From Candidatus Egerieisoma sp. (GTDB lineage: Bacteria > Bacteroidota > Bacteroidia > Bacteroidales > UBA932): a DNA stretch of 64,000 nt. Below the pieces are notes generated by a model that was not told the origin of the DNA, did not search any database, and saw nothing but the letters and a program-made list of their open reading frames with translations. The translations under genes and the position numbers were made by a program. Of the stretch, positions 29,457-38,758 are shown one piece after another (the stretch's first letter is position 1; each line of letters begins with the position of its first letter). The DNA is taken from the NCBI GenBank assembly GCA_045592325.1, contig JAZNUM010000058.1, positions 834 through 64,833 on the forward strand, given 5' to 3'.

Positions 29457-32288
29457 TCACTTATTACCCCCCGGTTCCCCTTCGTAAGTGATCTGACCGC
29501 CGGCATCGCCGCCGTCGGGACCAAGTTCAATCTCCCAGTCTGCGGCTGCAATTACGTCGGGATTATGCTCCACCACAATAATGGTGTGTCCCCTCTCCAC
29601 CAGGGCATTGAATGCCGCAAGGAGTTTCTTTATGTCGTGGAAATGGAGTCCGGTAGTAGGCTCGTCAAAGATGAACAGGGTAGGCCCTTTTACCGACCCT
29701 TTGCCGCTGCTGTCCTTGCTCAGAAACTGGGCCAGTTTCACCCTCTGGCTCTCGCCTCCGCTCAAACTGCTGCTGCTCTGCCCCAACTGCACATACCCCA
29801 GCCCCACATCGTCCAGAATCTGCAGTTTCTGGGCAATCTTTTTGGCATAACTCTCCTTCTGGGCCCCGAAGAATGCAATGGCTTCCTCCACACTCATATC
29901 CAGCACCTCATTGATGCTCTTTCCCTGATATTTCACCTCCAGCACAGCCGGCTTGAACCTCTTTCCGCCACACTCCTCGCATACCATCTTGATGTCTGCC
30001 ATAAACTGCATTGGAATTGTTATGAAGCCCTCTCCCAGGCACTGCGGACAACGCCCGCCGTCTATATTGAAAGAGAAGTGCGAATGCCCGAAACCGTTAA
30101 CCTTGGCAAACTGCTGCTCCGAGTAAAGTTTCCTTATATCATCATAAATCTTCAGGTATGTAACAGGATTGGAACGGGAACTCTTCCCTATAGGGTTCTG
30201 GTCAACAAATTCCACTCCCACAATCTTGTCCAGATCGCCTTTCAACTCTTTAAATGCCCCCGGCTTAAGCCCAAACTGCTGGAAATGCCTTGCCAGAGCC
30301 GGATACAATGTATCCCCAATAAGGGTAGATTTGCCGCTGCCGCTCACCCCTGTAACTGCAGTGATAACCCCAAGAGGGAACTTTACAGAAACATTCTTAA
30401 GGTTATGCTCCATAGCCCCGCAAACCTCAACCACATACTTCCATTCCCTTTTGCGGGAAGGGAAATCTATCTTCTTTATCCCACTCAGATAATCAATAGT
30501 AAGCGACCCGCTGGATGTTGTATCCCCCTTCTTCCTCCCCTTAAGGGCCTTTCTTATACCCTCTTCAACGCTTCCCTGATAAACCACCTCACCACCGTTC
30601 ACACCAGCATACGGGCCAATATCTATAAGTTCATCTGCACTGCGTATAATCTCCTCATCATGCTCCACAATAAGGACGGTATTTCCAAGATCCCTCAAAT
30701 CCTTTATAACTGAAATCAGCCTCCCTGTATCCCTCTGGTGCAGACCTATGCTGGGCTCATCCAGAATATACAATGACCCCACCAGGCTGCTTCCCAAAGA
30801 ACTTACCAGATTTATCCTCTGGCTCTCACCGCCGCTCAAAGTGTTGGCATGCCTGCTTAAAGTAAGGTAACCCAGCCCCACATTCTCTATATAGCTCAAA
30901 CGGCTGCATATCTCCTTAATTGCCCTCTGGGCCACAGCCGCATCATACGGCTCCAGCACAAGTTCCTTAAAGAAAGTATGGAGAGAGGTAATGCTCATAT
31001 CCATAAGCTCCGCAATGGTCTTCCCCCCTATCTTTACATAATTTGTCTCCTTCCTCAAACGGCTCCCCTCACACTCGCGGCACACCGTCTTGCCCGAATA
31101 TCTTGCCAGCAGATACTTGTACTGAATCTTGTAGCGCATCTCCTCCACCATCTTAAAGAACGGTGTAATCCCTGTAAACTGGCTGTTTCCGCACCACAGA
31201 AGTTTCTTCTGCTCTTTGGTAAGCTCTGCATACGGCTTATGGATAGGGAAATCAAACTTATGGGCACACATAATGAACTCCTTAAGGAATTTGCCCATAA
31301 CCTCGCCCCTCCAGCAGGCAATTGCCCCCTCATACACAGAAAGCGAAGCATTGGGCACCACAAGGCTCTCATCAATTCCAATAACGCTGCCATAGCCTCC
31401 GCAAACCGGACATGCCCCTATAGGGTTATTGTAACTGAACATAAGTTCTGTAGGCTTCTCAAACCGGATACCGTCCGCCTCAAAAATATTTGAAAACTCC
31501 TTCAGTTCCACCTCTGCACCACGCCCTTGCTGCTGCGCCACAAACACATGACCTTTCCCCTCATTGAATGCAATCTGTACAGAATCCAGCAGCCTGGTAA
31601 CATCCTCCTCTGCCAGTTCCCCACCACCCGGAGCCACCAGATACCTGTCAATCATTATGAACAGCCTGCTCCCCGCAAACCCCTCCACATCCTGCAGCAC
31701 CGCATCAATCCTTACCATCCCCTTCTCAAGAGAGAAAAGTCTGGCGTAACCGGCATCCTTCACCGACAGAAGTTTCTCCACCCTATTCTCATTCTCCAGC
31801 CACTCAATCTCTGCAAGAATATATGCAGTAATATTGTCGGGAGTATCATTTTTCATATTCCCTATGAATTCCACCACATCATTTGCCGTATGGCACTTCA
31901 CCTCCTCCCCGGTAATTGGGGAATAGGTACGTCCAATCTTGGCATAAAGGAGCCTCAGGTAATCATAGATTTCAGTAGTTGTACCCACCGTAGAACGGGG
32001 GTTGCGGGTATTCACCTTCTGCTGTATTGCAATGGCAGGCGGTATCCCCTCAATCTTGTCAACTGCAGGTTTCTGCATACGCCCCAGGAACTGGCGTGCA
32101 AACGAAGAAAGGCTCTCGGCAAAACGCCTCTGCCCCTCCGCAAAAAGGGTATCAAACGCCAGCGAAGACTTTCCACTGCCACTCAAGCCGCTCATAACTA
32201 CCAATTTTCCGCGAGGTATCTTAAGGTCAATCCCCTTAAGGTTGTTTGCCCTTGCCCCCTTTATGTATATATATTCCTTGTTCCCCAT
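29457..32288 (-). CDS. uvrA: excinuclease ABC subunit A
   Basis: GARANNLKGIDLKIPRGKLVVMSGLSGSGKSSLAFDT, a second Walker A GVSGSGKSTL, LSGGE signatures and zinc-finger cysteines. Start taken at MGNKEY. Confidence 0.95.
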   Translation of the reverse strand: MGNKEYIYIKGARANNLKGIDLKIPRGKLVVMSGLSGSGKSSLAFDTLFAEGQRRFAESLSSFARQFLGRMQKPAVDKIEGIPPAIAIQQKVNTRNPRSTVGTTTEIYDYLRLLYAKIGRTYSPITGEEVKCHTANDVVEFIGNMKNDTPDNITAYILAEIEWLENENRVEKLLSVKDAGYARLFSLEKGMVRIDAVLQDVEGFAGSRLFIMIDRYLVAPGGGELAEEDVTRLLDSVQIAFNEGKGHVFVAQQQGRGAEVELKEFSNIFEADGIRFEKPTELMFSYNNPIGACPVCGGYGSVIGIDESLVVPNASLSVYEGAIACWRGEVMGKFLKEFIMCAHKFDFPIHKPYAELTKEQKKLLWCGNSQFTGITPFFKMVEEMRYKIQYKYLLARYSGKTVCRECEGSRLRKETNYVKIGGKTIAELMDMSITSLHTFFKELVLEPYDAAVAQRAIKEICSRLSYIENVGLGYLTLSRHANTLSGGESQRINLVSSLGSSLVGSLYILDEPSIGLHQRDTGRLISVIKDLRDLGNTVLIVEHDEEIIRSADELIDIGPYAGVNGGEVVYQGSVEEGIRKALKGRKKGDTTSSGSLTIDYLSGIKKIDFPSRKREWKYVVEVCGAMEHNLKNVSVKFPLGVITAVTGVSGSGKSTLIGDTLYPALARHFQQFGLKPGAFKELKGDLDKIVGVEFVDQNPIGKSSRSNPVTYLKIYDDIRKLYSEQQFAKVNGFGHSHFSFNIDGGRCPQCLGEGFITIPMQFMADIKMVCEECGGKRFKPAVLEVKYQGKSINEVLDMSVEEAIAFFGAQKESYAKKIAQKLQILDDVGLGYVQLGQSSSSLSGGESQRVKLAQFLSKDSSGKGSVKGPTLFIFDEPTTGLHFHDIKKLLAAFNALVERGHTIIVVEHNPDVIAAADWEIELGPDGGDAGGQITYEGEPGGNK

Positions 32289-32353
32289 AAAATTCACAAT
32301 TCCCGAATCATGCAAAGTTACTAAAAACATACCACAATTCAGTCATATCCAAA

Positions 32354-32402
32354 ACAAACAACTGCTGCGCCGGGGAAATCCCCCAATGCACAGCAGTTGT
32401 TT
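32354..32402 (-). terminator. long hairpin terminator after the FISUMP lipoprotein gene
   Basis: 12-bp stem AAACAACTGCTG/CAGCAGTTGTTT with a nested GGGGA/TCCCC hairpin. A T-rich tract follows on the minus strand. Confidence 0.6.
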
Positions 32403-32434
32403 CATTTGCATCCGCTTCCCTGTACTGTAAGTTG

Positions 32435-34309
32435 CTATTCCTGAATCTGGACACAGCGGATAGAGAAGCCGGAAGCACGATTGTAATTAACGATAACTGA
32501 ACTTTGAGGAGATTCATGGTACCATAAGCAATACGCAGTTGTAGAGCCTGAAGTGTAACTTTGAGGATCAGATGTCCAATAGAGAAGAGAAGAGCCTCTC
32601 GACCATATGCCTGAATTATCGGTACCACCTTCTGGCAAGATACAACCGGCAGCCGGCAAGAAGATTTTTGGGGCTTCATCTATAGGAGTGTACTCTCCAT
32701 AGTAATAAACGCCAGGCTGACCATTTGGGCCCGTAGTCAGACCTTGCCAATTCATATTTAGATTTTCCAATTCACTTTTTGTGGGTATCCTCCACCCTGC
32801 GGGGCAAGGATCATTCTCTCTTTCATTTTCTATCCACATATATCCATTTGGGGATCCACACCAATCAAAGTGATTTCTACCCCAGTAATTATACGGCACC
32901 TGTGTGAAGAATACATCAGCATTCTCCTGAGCATTACCCTCTGCTTGTGTAACCGGACCAGATTTAATTTTGGCCCCAGAAGGGTAAGATGCATCATTAT
33001 CATCATATCCCTGGCCATATTTCCTCCCCCACTGATAATATTTTCCGTAAGGATATCCCTTATAATCTCCATCTGCTGGCTCATATCCGCAGTTTACAGG
33101 TGCCCACACTATATCCCCTATAGGTATACCATATCCATAATCTTTATCTCCAACGACATATTTCTTAGTTGGTACTGCTGTAGTGGATTTTACTTTTACT
33201 GAACACTCTCCACTTATTGCGTACAGAGACAACTCAGCCCTAATGACAGACTCACCATCAGCCACTGCGGTAATATTTCCATTCTGGTCTACAGTAACCG
33301 CTGATGGATTGGATGAAGTCCATTTAACATTATGACCTGCAGCATTTGAAGGATTGACGTTTGTCTCTAAAGTATATGTTCTTCCCGGCAACATAGTCAT
33401 AGATCCTCTTGAGAGGTTGAGAGAGTTGATTGGGTTCAACTCCGGCATTGTTAAAATCTTCGATTCAATAATGGTATTGTCAGAACTCGTCTCAATATTA
33501 TAGGTATAAGGAGTATAATTGACATTTTTAGCTTCTACTTTCACTTTAAAGCCATTGGAAAAAACATCTGGAGGAAGGGCAATGATAAACTCAACAGCAT
33601 TTGAGCCATCCAACTGAACTCCATTGCCACAAACCAATGACACAGATTTGGCAGATTCCTCTTCTGAGGTCAAAGTTATGGCAGGTGCTGTGCCATTGGT
33701 ATATGTTGTAAAGGCTGCAGAACCTGAAAGCACCTCATTGTTCTTTCCTTGAACAGTAATACTGGTTACCTTATTGTCCCCTTTCAATTGAAGTTTTATT
33801 GCTCCAAAAAGATTTTCAAAAGCAATTGCACCTTCAGCATTCCCTGCATAGGCCGACATTGGAGATGCCCCTTTCCCAAAACTTCCGGCTGCATATGTCT
33901 GCTCCGCAGGAACTGTATAATTTATTGTTCCATCAAAAGTAACTCCTTCAAACGGATATATTGCCTGAACAGGTTGATCTACTTTAAAATCTTCTTCAGT
34001 ATATCCGCAATTCTCAAACAGTTGCAAAGTAAAGGTACCACTGGTACTGCCTGCGTCCTCTGCATCCACAACAAATTTGAAAAGTTTGCCATTATTTATT
34101 ACCGCTATTGCATCCCCTTCACTCCAAAATACAGGATACTCTCCATTATTCAAAGCACCCAAAGATGTCTTGGTTCCACCATTGTTGATTACTGCAGAAA
34201 GGGTGATATTTCCTTGTACAGAATTGTGGGAAAGATTCTCATTTTTCTCACATCCCACTGAAGCCAACATTGCCAATGCCGCTATCAGAATAGTCATCAG
34301 TTTTCTCAT
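32435..34309 (-). CDS. surface lipoprotein with Ig-like (Big_2) domain and C-terminal FISUMP (Fibrobacter succinogenes major paralogous) domain
   Basis: Lipobox LASVGC. VKWTSSNPSAVTVDQNGNITAVADGESVI is Big_2-like. WAPVNCGY...YYQWGR...GWRIPTKSELENL...GFSIRCV is the FISUMP pattern. Confidence 0.7.
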   Translation of the reverse strand: MRKLMTILIAALAMLASVGCEKNENLSHNSVQGNITLSAVINNGGTKTSLGALNNGEYPVFWSEGDAIAVINNGKLFKFVVDAEDAGSTSGTFTLQLFENCGYTEEDFKVDQPVQAIYPFEGVTFDGTINYTVPAEQTYAAGSFGKGASPMSAYAGNAEGAIAFENLFGAIKLQLKGDNKVTSITVQGKNNEVLSGSAAFTTYTNGTAPAITLTSEEESAKSVSLVCGNGVQLDGSNAVEFIIALPPDVFSNGFKVKVEAKNVNYTPYTYNIETSSDNTIIESKILTMPELNPINSLNLSRGSMTMLPGRTYTLETNVNPSNAAGHNVKWTSSNPSAVTVDQNGNITAVADGESVIRAELSLYAISGECSVKVKSTTAVPTKKYVVGDKDYGYGIPIGDIVWAPVNCGYEPADGDYKGYPYGKYYQWGRKYGQGYDDNDASYPSGAKIKSGPVTQAEGNAQENADVFFTQVPYNYWGRNHFDWCGSPNGYMWIENERENDPCPAGWRIPTKSELENLNMNWQGLTTGPNGQPGVYYYGEYTPIDEAPKIFLPAAGCILPEGGTDNSGIWSRGSSLLYWTSDPQSYTSGSTTAYCLWYHESPQSSVIVNYNRASGFSIRCVQIQE

Positions 34310-34326
34310 ATTAACTCCTCCAATTT

Positions 34327-34452
34327 TTACCATACACCGTCACCTTCTCCAAAGCCTTGGGTTCCTCCACTTGTAGCAAAGCCTTGCTCTACCTCAACCT
34401 CAATAATCTCTACTTGAGGCGACTCATAACTATTTTCAAATTCATGTTTCAT
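34327..34452 (-). CDS. candidate small acidic protein (41 aa), not in the ORF track
   Basis: ATG at 34452 to TAA at 34327-34329 gives MKHEFENSYESPQVEIIEVEVEQGFATSGGTQGFGEGDGVW. It ends 18 nt before the lipoprotein ATG. A TATTTTTG -7 box lies at 34508-34515 on the minus strand. Confidence 0.35.
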   Translation of the reverse strand: MKHEFENSYESPQVEIIEVEVEQGFATSGGTQGFGEGDGVW

Positions 34453-34593
34453 ATAATTAACTCTGTTTAAATAAAGATATGTTGTCAATAATTTTTCTAT
34501 TTTAGAACAAAAATAATATTTTTTCTGTAATAATAAAATTATGAGACTAAAATAAACAGATTTTTATGGATTGGAGGGGCACAGCCCCCTCCT

Positions 34594-36744
34594 TTACTTC
34601 CCGCTGGTTCTCAGGACGGTCTTTACCTCTCGGATTTTCTTGAGGGCGGAGGTGACGCGGTCCAGATGGGCGTTGTTGCCAACAGAAATGCCAATTTCTG
34701 CCACAAACTCGGTCTGGTTGCCCGGTTTGCGCCTCTCGTTTATATTGAACGACCTCATTGAGGCATCCTGTTTTGTAACACACTCTATAAGTTGTGCGGC
34801 AATTGTAGCGTCTCCGTCTCCAATTACCTTAAGGGCTGTCTGGAACTGGGTGGTATTGGATACTTGTCTCCATTTCACCTTCTGAAGCCTATACGGGTAT
34901 TTCTCTATGAGCCTTGCAGCATTTGGGCAGGATATCCTGTGTATCTTAATGCCGCCAGTTGCCGAAACAAACCCGAACACATCATCTCCAAAAATTGGGT
35001 TGCAGCATTTGGCCATTGAGAAACTTATGTTGTTAAGTTTGTCGCTGATAATCAGATAATCTCCATCTGAGGACTTGCTGCGGCCCTTGCCAGTTCCCCT
35101 CTCCGGTCTGTTGTCGGGAAGATTATCCTCCTGTTCCCCTTTTGTAAGAAAATCCTTCAACTGCAGAAGGTCTATTTTCTCCTGATAGATTGCCAGGAAA
35201 ACCTCTGCAGAGGCCCTCATCTTATAGTGCTTTGCAATATCTGCCAGGACATCGTCATTGAGTTCAAGTTTCCAGTTCTTCATCCTCCTCTCCAGCATCT
35301 CACGCCCCAGATTCATGAGTTTGTTCTCCTCCTCCTTGAGTTTGGCCTTTATGCGGTTGCGGGCCTTTGAAGAGACAACTATCTTGAGCCAGTCTGCCGA
35401 AGGCTTTTGGTTCTTGTTGCTCATTATCTCCACAACATCGCCGGTATGGAGTTCATCCTTAATGGAGGCTATCTTGCCGTTAACCCTTGCTCCGCTACAC
35501 TTCACTCCAAGGTTGGAGTGGATATTGAATGCAAAATCGAGCACACTTGCCCCTTTTGGCAACTGCTTGAGGTCTCCGTTTGGAGTGAACACAAATATCT
35601 CATCCAGTTCTGTCTGAACAGCATTTGTATATGGATTGGACTCCTGGCTCTCCAACATGCTCTTCACATTCTTAAGCCACTCATCCAACCCCTGCACACT
35701 CTTTATACCTTTATAACTCCAATGGGAGGCATGTCCGTTTTCTGCCATATCATCCATACGGGTTGTACGGATCTGCACCTCAATATATGCCCCCTCCTTG
35801 TTTTGTACTGTGGTGTGGAGAGACTCGTATCCATTCGGTTTGGGATTGGTAATCCAATCCCTCAAACGCTTGGTATCGGGCTTGTACTCCTGGGTCACCC
35901 TTGAGTACACCTCCCAACAGTAGTCGTGCTCCTTCTCATAAGGTACATCCAGAATAAACCTCATTGCAAAAACATCATACACCCCCTCAAAAGGGACATT
36001 CTGTTTCTGCATCTTTTTCCAGATTGAATATGCTGTTTTGGTACGCACCTTCAGTTTGTACTTTATACCGCTCTCCTTCAACGACTGCTCCAGCGGCTTC
36101 ACAAACTCCTGCGCCAGTTTCTCCCTGTCCTTTTCGGTAGCCTTAAGTTTGTTTGTAATGGCCCTGTAGTTCTCAGGATCGGAGTGTCTGAAATAAAGGT
36201 CCTCCAGTTCGCTCTTGAGGTTGTACATTCCCAACTGATGAGCCAGAGGTATGTACAGCATTATGGTCTCGGTAACCTTCCGCATTATACTGCTCTTTGG
36301 AAATATATCCAGGTTACGCATAATCTCCAGCCTGTCTGCCAGTTTAATGAGAGTCACACGGGGATCCTTTGAGTATGAAACAATAAGTTTCCTGTAGTTC
36401 TCCGCCTGCAGTTTGGTATCTTTTGGGGTTATTCCCGATATCTTGTTCAACCCCTCCACCATTGTTATAATCTCCTGAGAATACTCTTTTGAGATCTCCT
36501 CCAACTGTTCATCCTTCCCCCTTGTAGCCTCGTGGAGGAATACAGCCGCCACAGCCTCATGCATGAGGCCTATCTCATTTGCCACTATAAGTGCCACCCC
36601 CAACGGATGCTCAATGAACGGTTTCCCGTTACCCCTCTGCTGCCCCTCCAACTCTTTGCAGGCATACATATACGCCTTTTCAACCAAATCTTTCTGCGGA
36701 GCCTCATAATGCTCCATCACTTTCATCAGACTCTCCGGTATCAT
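34594..36744 (-). CDS. spoT: bifunctional (p)ppGpp synthetase/hydrolase (RelA/SpoT family)
   Basis: HD domain (FIEHPLGVALIV), synthetase block (DVFAMRFIL...YESLHTTV), then TGS and ACT-like C-terminus. Confidence 0.92.
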   Translation of the reverse strand: MIPESLMKVMEHYEAPQKDLVEKAYMYACKELEGQQRGNGKPFIEHPLGVALIVANEIGLMHEAVAAVFLHEATRGKDEQLEEISKEYSQEIITMVEGLNKISGITPKDTKLQAENYRKLIVSYSKDPRVTLIKLADRLEIMRNLDIFPKSSIMRKVTETIMLYIPLAHQLGMYNLKSELEDLYFRHSDPENYRAITNKLKATEKDREKLAQEFVKPLEQSLKESGIKYKLKVRTKTAYSIWKKMQKQNVPFEGVYDVFAMRFILDVPYEKEHDYCWEVYSRVTQEYKPDTKRLRDWITNPKPNGYESLHTTVQNKEGAYIEVQIRTTRMDDMAENGHASHWSYKGIKSVQGLDEWLKNVKSMLESQESNPYTNAVQTELDEIFVFTPNGDLKQLPKGASVLDFAFNIHSNLGVKCSGARVNGKIASIKDELHTGDVVEIMSNKNQKPSADWLKIVVSSKARNRIKAKLKEEENKLMNLGREMLERRMKNWKLELNDDVLADIAKHYKMRASAEVFLAIYQEKIDLLQLKDFLTKGEQEDNLPDNRPERGTGKGRSKSSDGDYLIISDKLNNISFSMAKCCNPIFGDDVFGFVSATGGIKIHRISCPNAARLIEKYPYRLQKVKWRQVSNTTQFQTALKVIGDGDATIAAQLIECVTKQDASMRSFNINERRKPGNQTEFVAEIGISVGNNAHLDRVTSALKKIREVKTVLRTSGK

Positions 36745-36751
36745 AATCGCC

Positions 36752-38755
36752 TCACTTTTTAGATATCAACTCTCCCAAAAATTTCATTTCATCCCTGAAT
36801 TTGGCTGCCCTTATGAAATCAAGTTCGGCTGCAGCCTTCTCCATCTCCCGTTTTGCACTTGCCATAGCCTTCTGCAACTGCTCCTTGCTCATGTTCCTTA
36901 TTACAGGATCCTGCAAAACATCAACTTTCTCCTCATCCCTCACATATTCCATACCAACCTGTGTCCTCTCCATAACATTCCGCTCTTTCTTAAGTACCTG
37001 CTTAGGGGTAATGCCATGTTCCCTGTTGTACTCCATCTGCTTTTCCCGGCGCCGGTTGGTTTCGTCTATTGTACGCCTCATGCTCCTGGTTATGGTATCT
37101 GCATACATTATAACCAATCCGTTAATGTTTCTTGCCGCACGCCCTGCAGTCTGGGTTAGGGCCGTCTCACTGCGGAGGAATCCCTCCTTGTCGGCATCCA
37201 GAATTGCCACCAGCGAAACCTGCGGCAAATCCAACCCCTCACGCAACAGGTTAACACCAATAAGGACATCAAAACGGCCCGCCTGGAAATCTTCTATAAT
37301 CTCTATACGCTCCATTGTATCCACATCCGAGTGGATATAACGGCAACGCACTCCAGCCTTCATAAGATATTTGTCCAACTCCTCAGCCATCCTCTTGGTA
37401 AGGGTGGTCACCAGCACCCTCTCATCCTTCTCAACCCTTATCTGAATCTCCTCCAGGAGGTCATCTATCTGGTCTGCAGTAGGACGCACCTCAATAGGAG
37501 GCTCAAGCAGACCGGTAGGCCTTACAACCTGCTCCACAATCATGCCGCCGCTCTTCTCCAGTTCATACGGGGCCGGAGTGGCGCTTACAAACACAGTCTG
37601 CTTTGTAAGGGTCTCAAACTCGTCAAACTTCAACGGACGGTTGTCAGCCGCAGCAGGAAGGCGGAAACCATACTCAATGAGGGTCTCCTTACGGGAACGG
37701 TCCCCTCCGTACATCGCCCGTATCTGGGGAATCGTAACATGACTCTCATCTATAAAAGTGACAAAATCGTCGGGAAAATAATCCAGAAGGCAGAAAGGTC
37801 TTGTACCGGCAGAACGGCCGTCAAAATATCGGGAATAGTTCTCTATACCGGAACAGTACCCTATCTCCTTAATCATCTCCAGATCATACTCCACCCTCTG
37901 CTTCAGCCGCTTTGCCTCCGCATGCTTCTCTATGCTGTGGAGGAACTCGCATTGCCTCACAAGGTCCTCCTGAATATTCCATACCGCACTCTTTATCCTC
38001 TCCTTGGTGGTGCTGAAGATATTTGCAGGAAAAATGGATATCTCATCCACAAACTCCAAAGTGCCTCCGCTCACGGGGTCAAACATCTCTATCTCCTCAA
38101 TCTCATCCCCAAAGAAAATCACCCTGCACCCCTTGTCTCCATACGCCAGATAAATGTCTATACTGTCCCCCTTTACCCTGAACGTACCCCTCTTGAACTC
38201 CACATCATTGCGGGAATAGAGGCTGTCCACCAACTTGTAGAGGAACTGGGTGCGGCTGAACACCTGCCCCACCTTAATCTTCACCGTATTGGAATGGAAA
38301 TCGGCAGGATTGCCAATACCATACAGGCAAGAGACACTGGAGACCACAATCACATCCTTTCTTCCCGACAACAGGGCGCTTGAACAACTCAACCTCAACT
38401 TCTCAATCTCATCATTGATGCTCAAATCCTTCTCAATGTATGTATCGGTAACCGGCATATAGGCCTCCGGCTGGTAATAATCGTAGTAGGAGACAAAATA
38501 TTCAACCGCATTGTTTGGAAAGAAAGACTTGAACTCACCATACAACTGCGCCGCCAGAGTCTTGTTATGGCTCAGCACAAGGGCAGGCCTCTGCAATTTC
38601 TCAATCACATTGGCCATAGTAAAAGTCTTGCCGGAACCAGTAACACCCAACAGTGTTACCGCCTCCTGCCCCTCCTTAATGGCCTGCGCAATCTCCTTAA
38701 TTGCATCAGGCTGATCCCCAGTAGGTTTATATGGTGACTCTATCTTAAAATCCAT
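36752..38755 (-). CDS. uvrB: excinuclease ABC subunit B
   Basis: PTGDQPDAIKEI...LLGVTGSGKTFTMA, DESH box, helicase C motifs and the C-terminal UVR domain (AAELDFIRAAKFRDE). Confidence 0.96.
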   Translation of the reverse strand: MDFKIESPYKPTGDQPDAIKEIAQAIKEGQEAVTLLGVTGSGKTFTMANVIEKLQRPALVLSHNKTLAAQLYGEFKSFFPNNAVEYFVSYYDYYQPEAYMPVTDTYIEKDLSINDEIEKLRLSCSSALLSGRKDVIVVSSVSCLYGIGNPADFHSNTVKIKVGQVFSRTQFLYKLVDSLYSRNDVEFKRGTFRVKGDSIDIYLAYGDKGCRVIFFGDEIEEIEMFDPVSGGTLEFVDEISIFPANIFSTTKERIKSAVWNIQEDLVRQCEFLHSIEKHAEAKRLKQRVEYDLEMIKEIGYCSGIENYSRYFDGRSAGTRPFCLLDYFPDDFVTFIDESHVTIPQIRAMYGGDRSRKETLIEYGFRLPAAADNRPLKFDEFETLTKQTVFVSATPAPYELEKSGGMIVEQVVRPTGLLEPPIEVRPTADQIDDLLEEIQIRVEKDERVLVTTLTKRMAEELDKYLMKAGVRCRYIHSDVDTMERIEIIEDFQAGRFDVLIGVNLLREGLDLPQVSLVAILDADKEGFLRSETALTQTAGRAARNINGLVIMYADTITRSMRRTIDETNRRREKQMEYNREHGITPKQVLKKERNVMERTQVGMEYVRDEEKVDVLQDPVIRNMSKEQLQKAMASAKREMEKAAAELDFIRAAKFRDEMKFLGELISKK

Positions 38756-38758
38756 TGC

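Noticed and set aside
29565-30713. 382-aa ORF on the + strand, plus other long + strand ORFs at 30978-31493 and 31527-32324.
   Set aside because: They lie entirely antisense to the clearly conserved uvrA gene. Their composition is low-complexity and Leu/Pro/His-rich, typical of shadow ORFs, and they carry no motifs.
32435-32700. Diversity-generating retroelement target: the FISUMP/C-type-lectin-like C-terminus could act as a variable region.
   Set aside because: There is no reverse transcriptase ORF and no near-repeat (template repeat) of the C-terminal coding region anywhere in the window.
37331-38383. 350-aa + strand ORF.
   Set aside because: It is antisense to uvrB, which has unmistakable helicase and UVR motifs. 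It is a shadow ORF.
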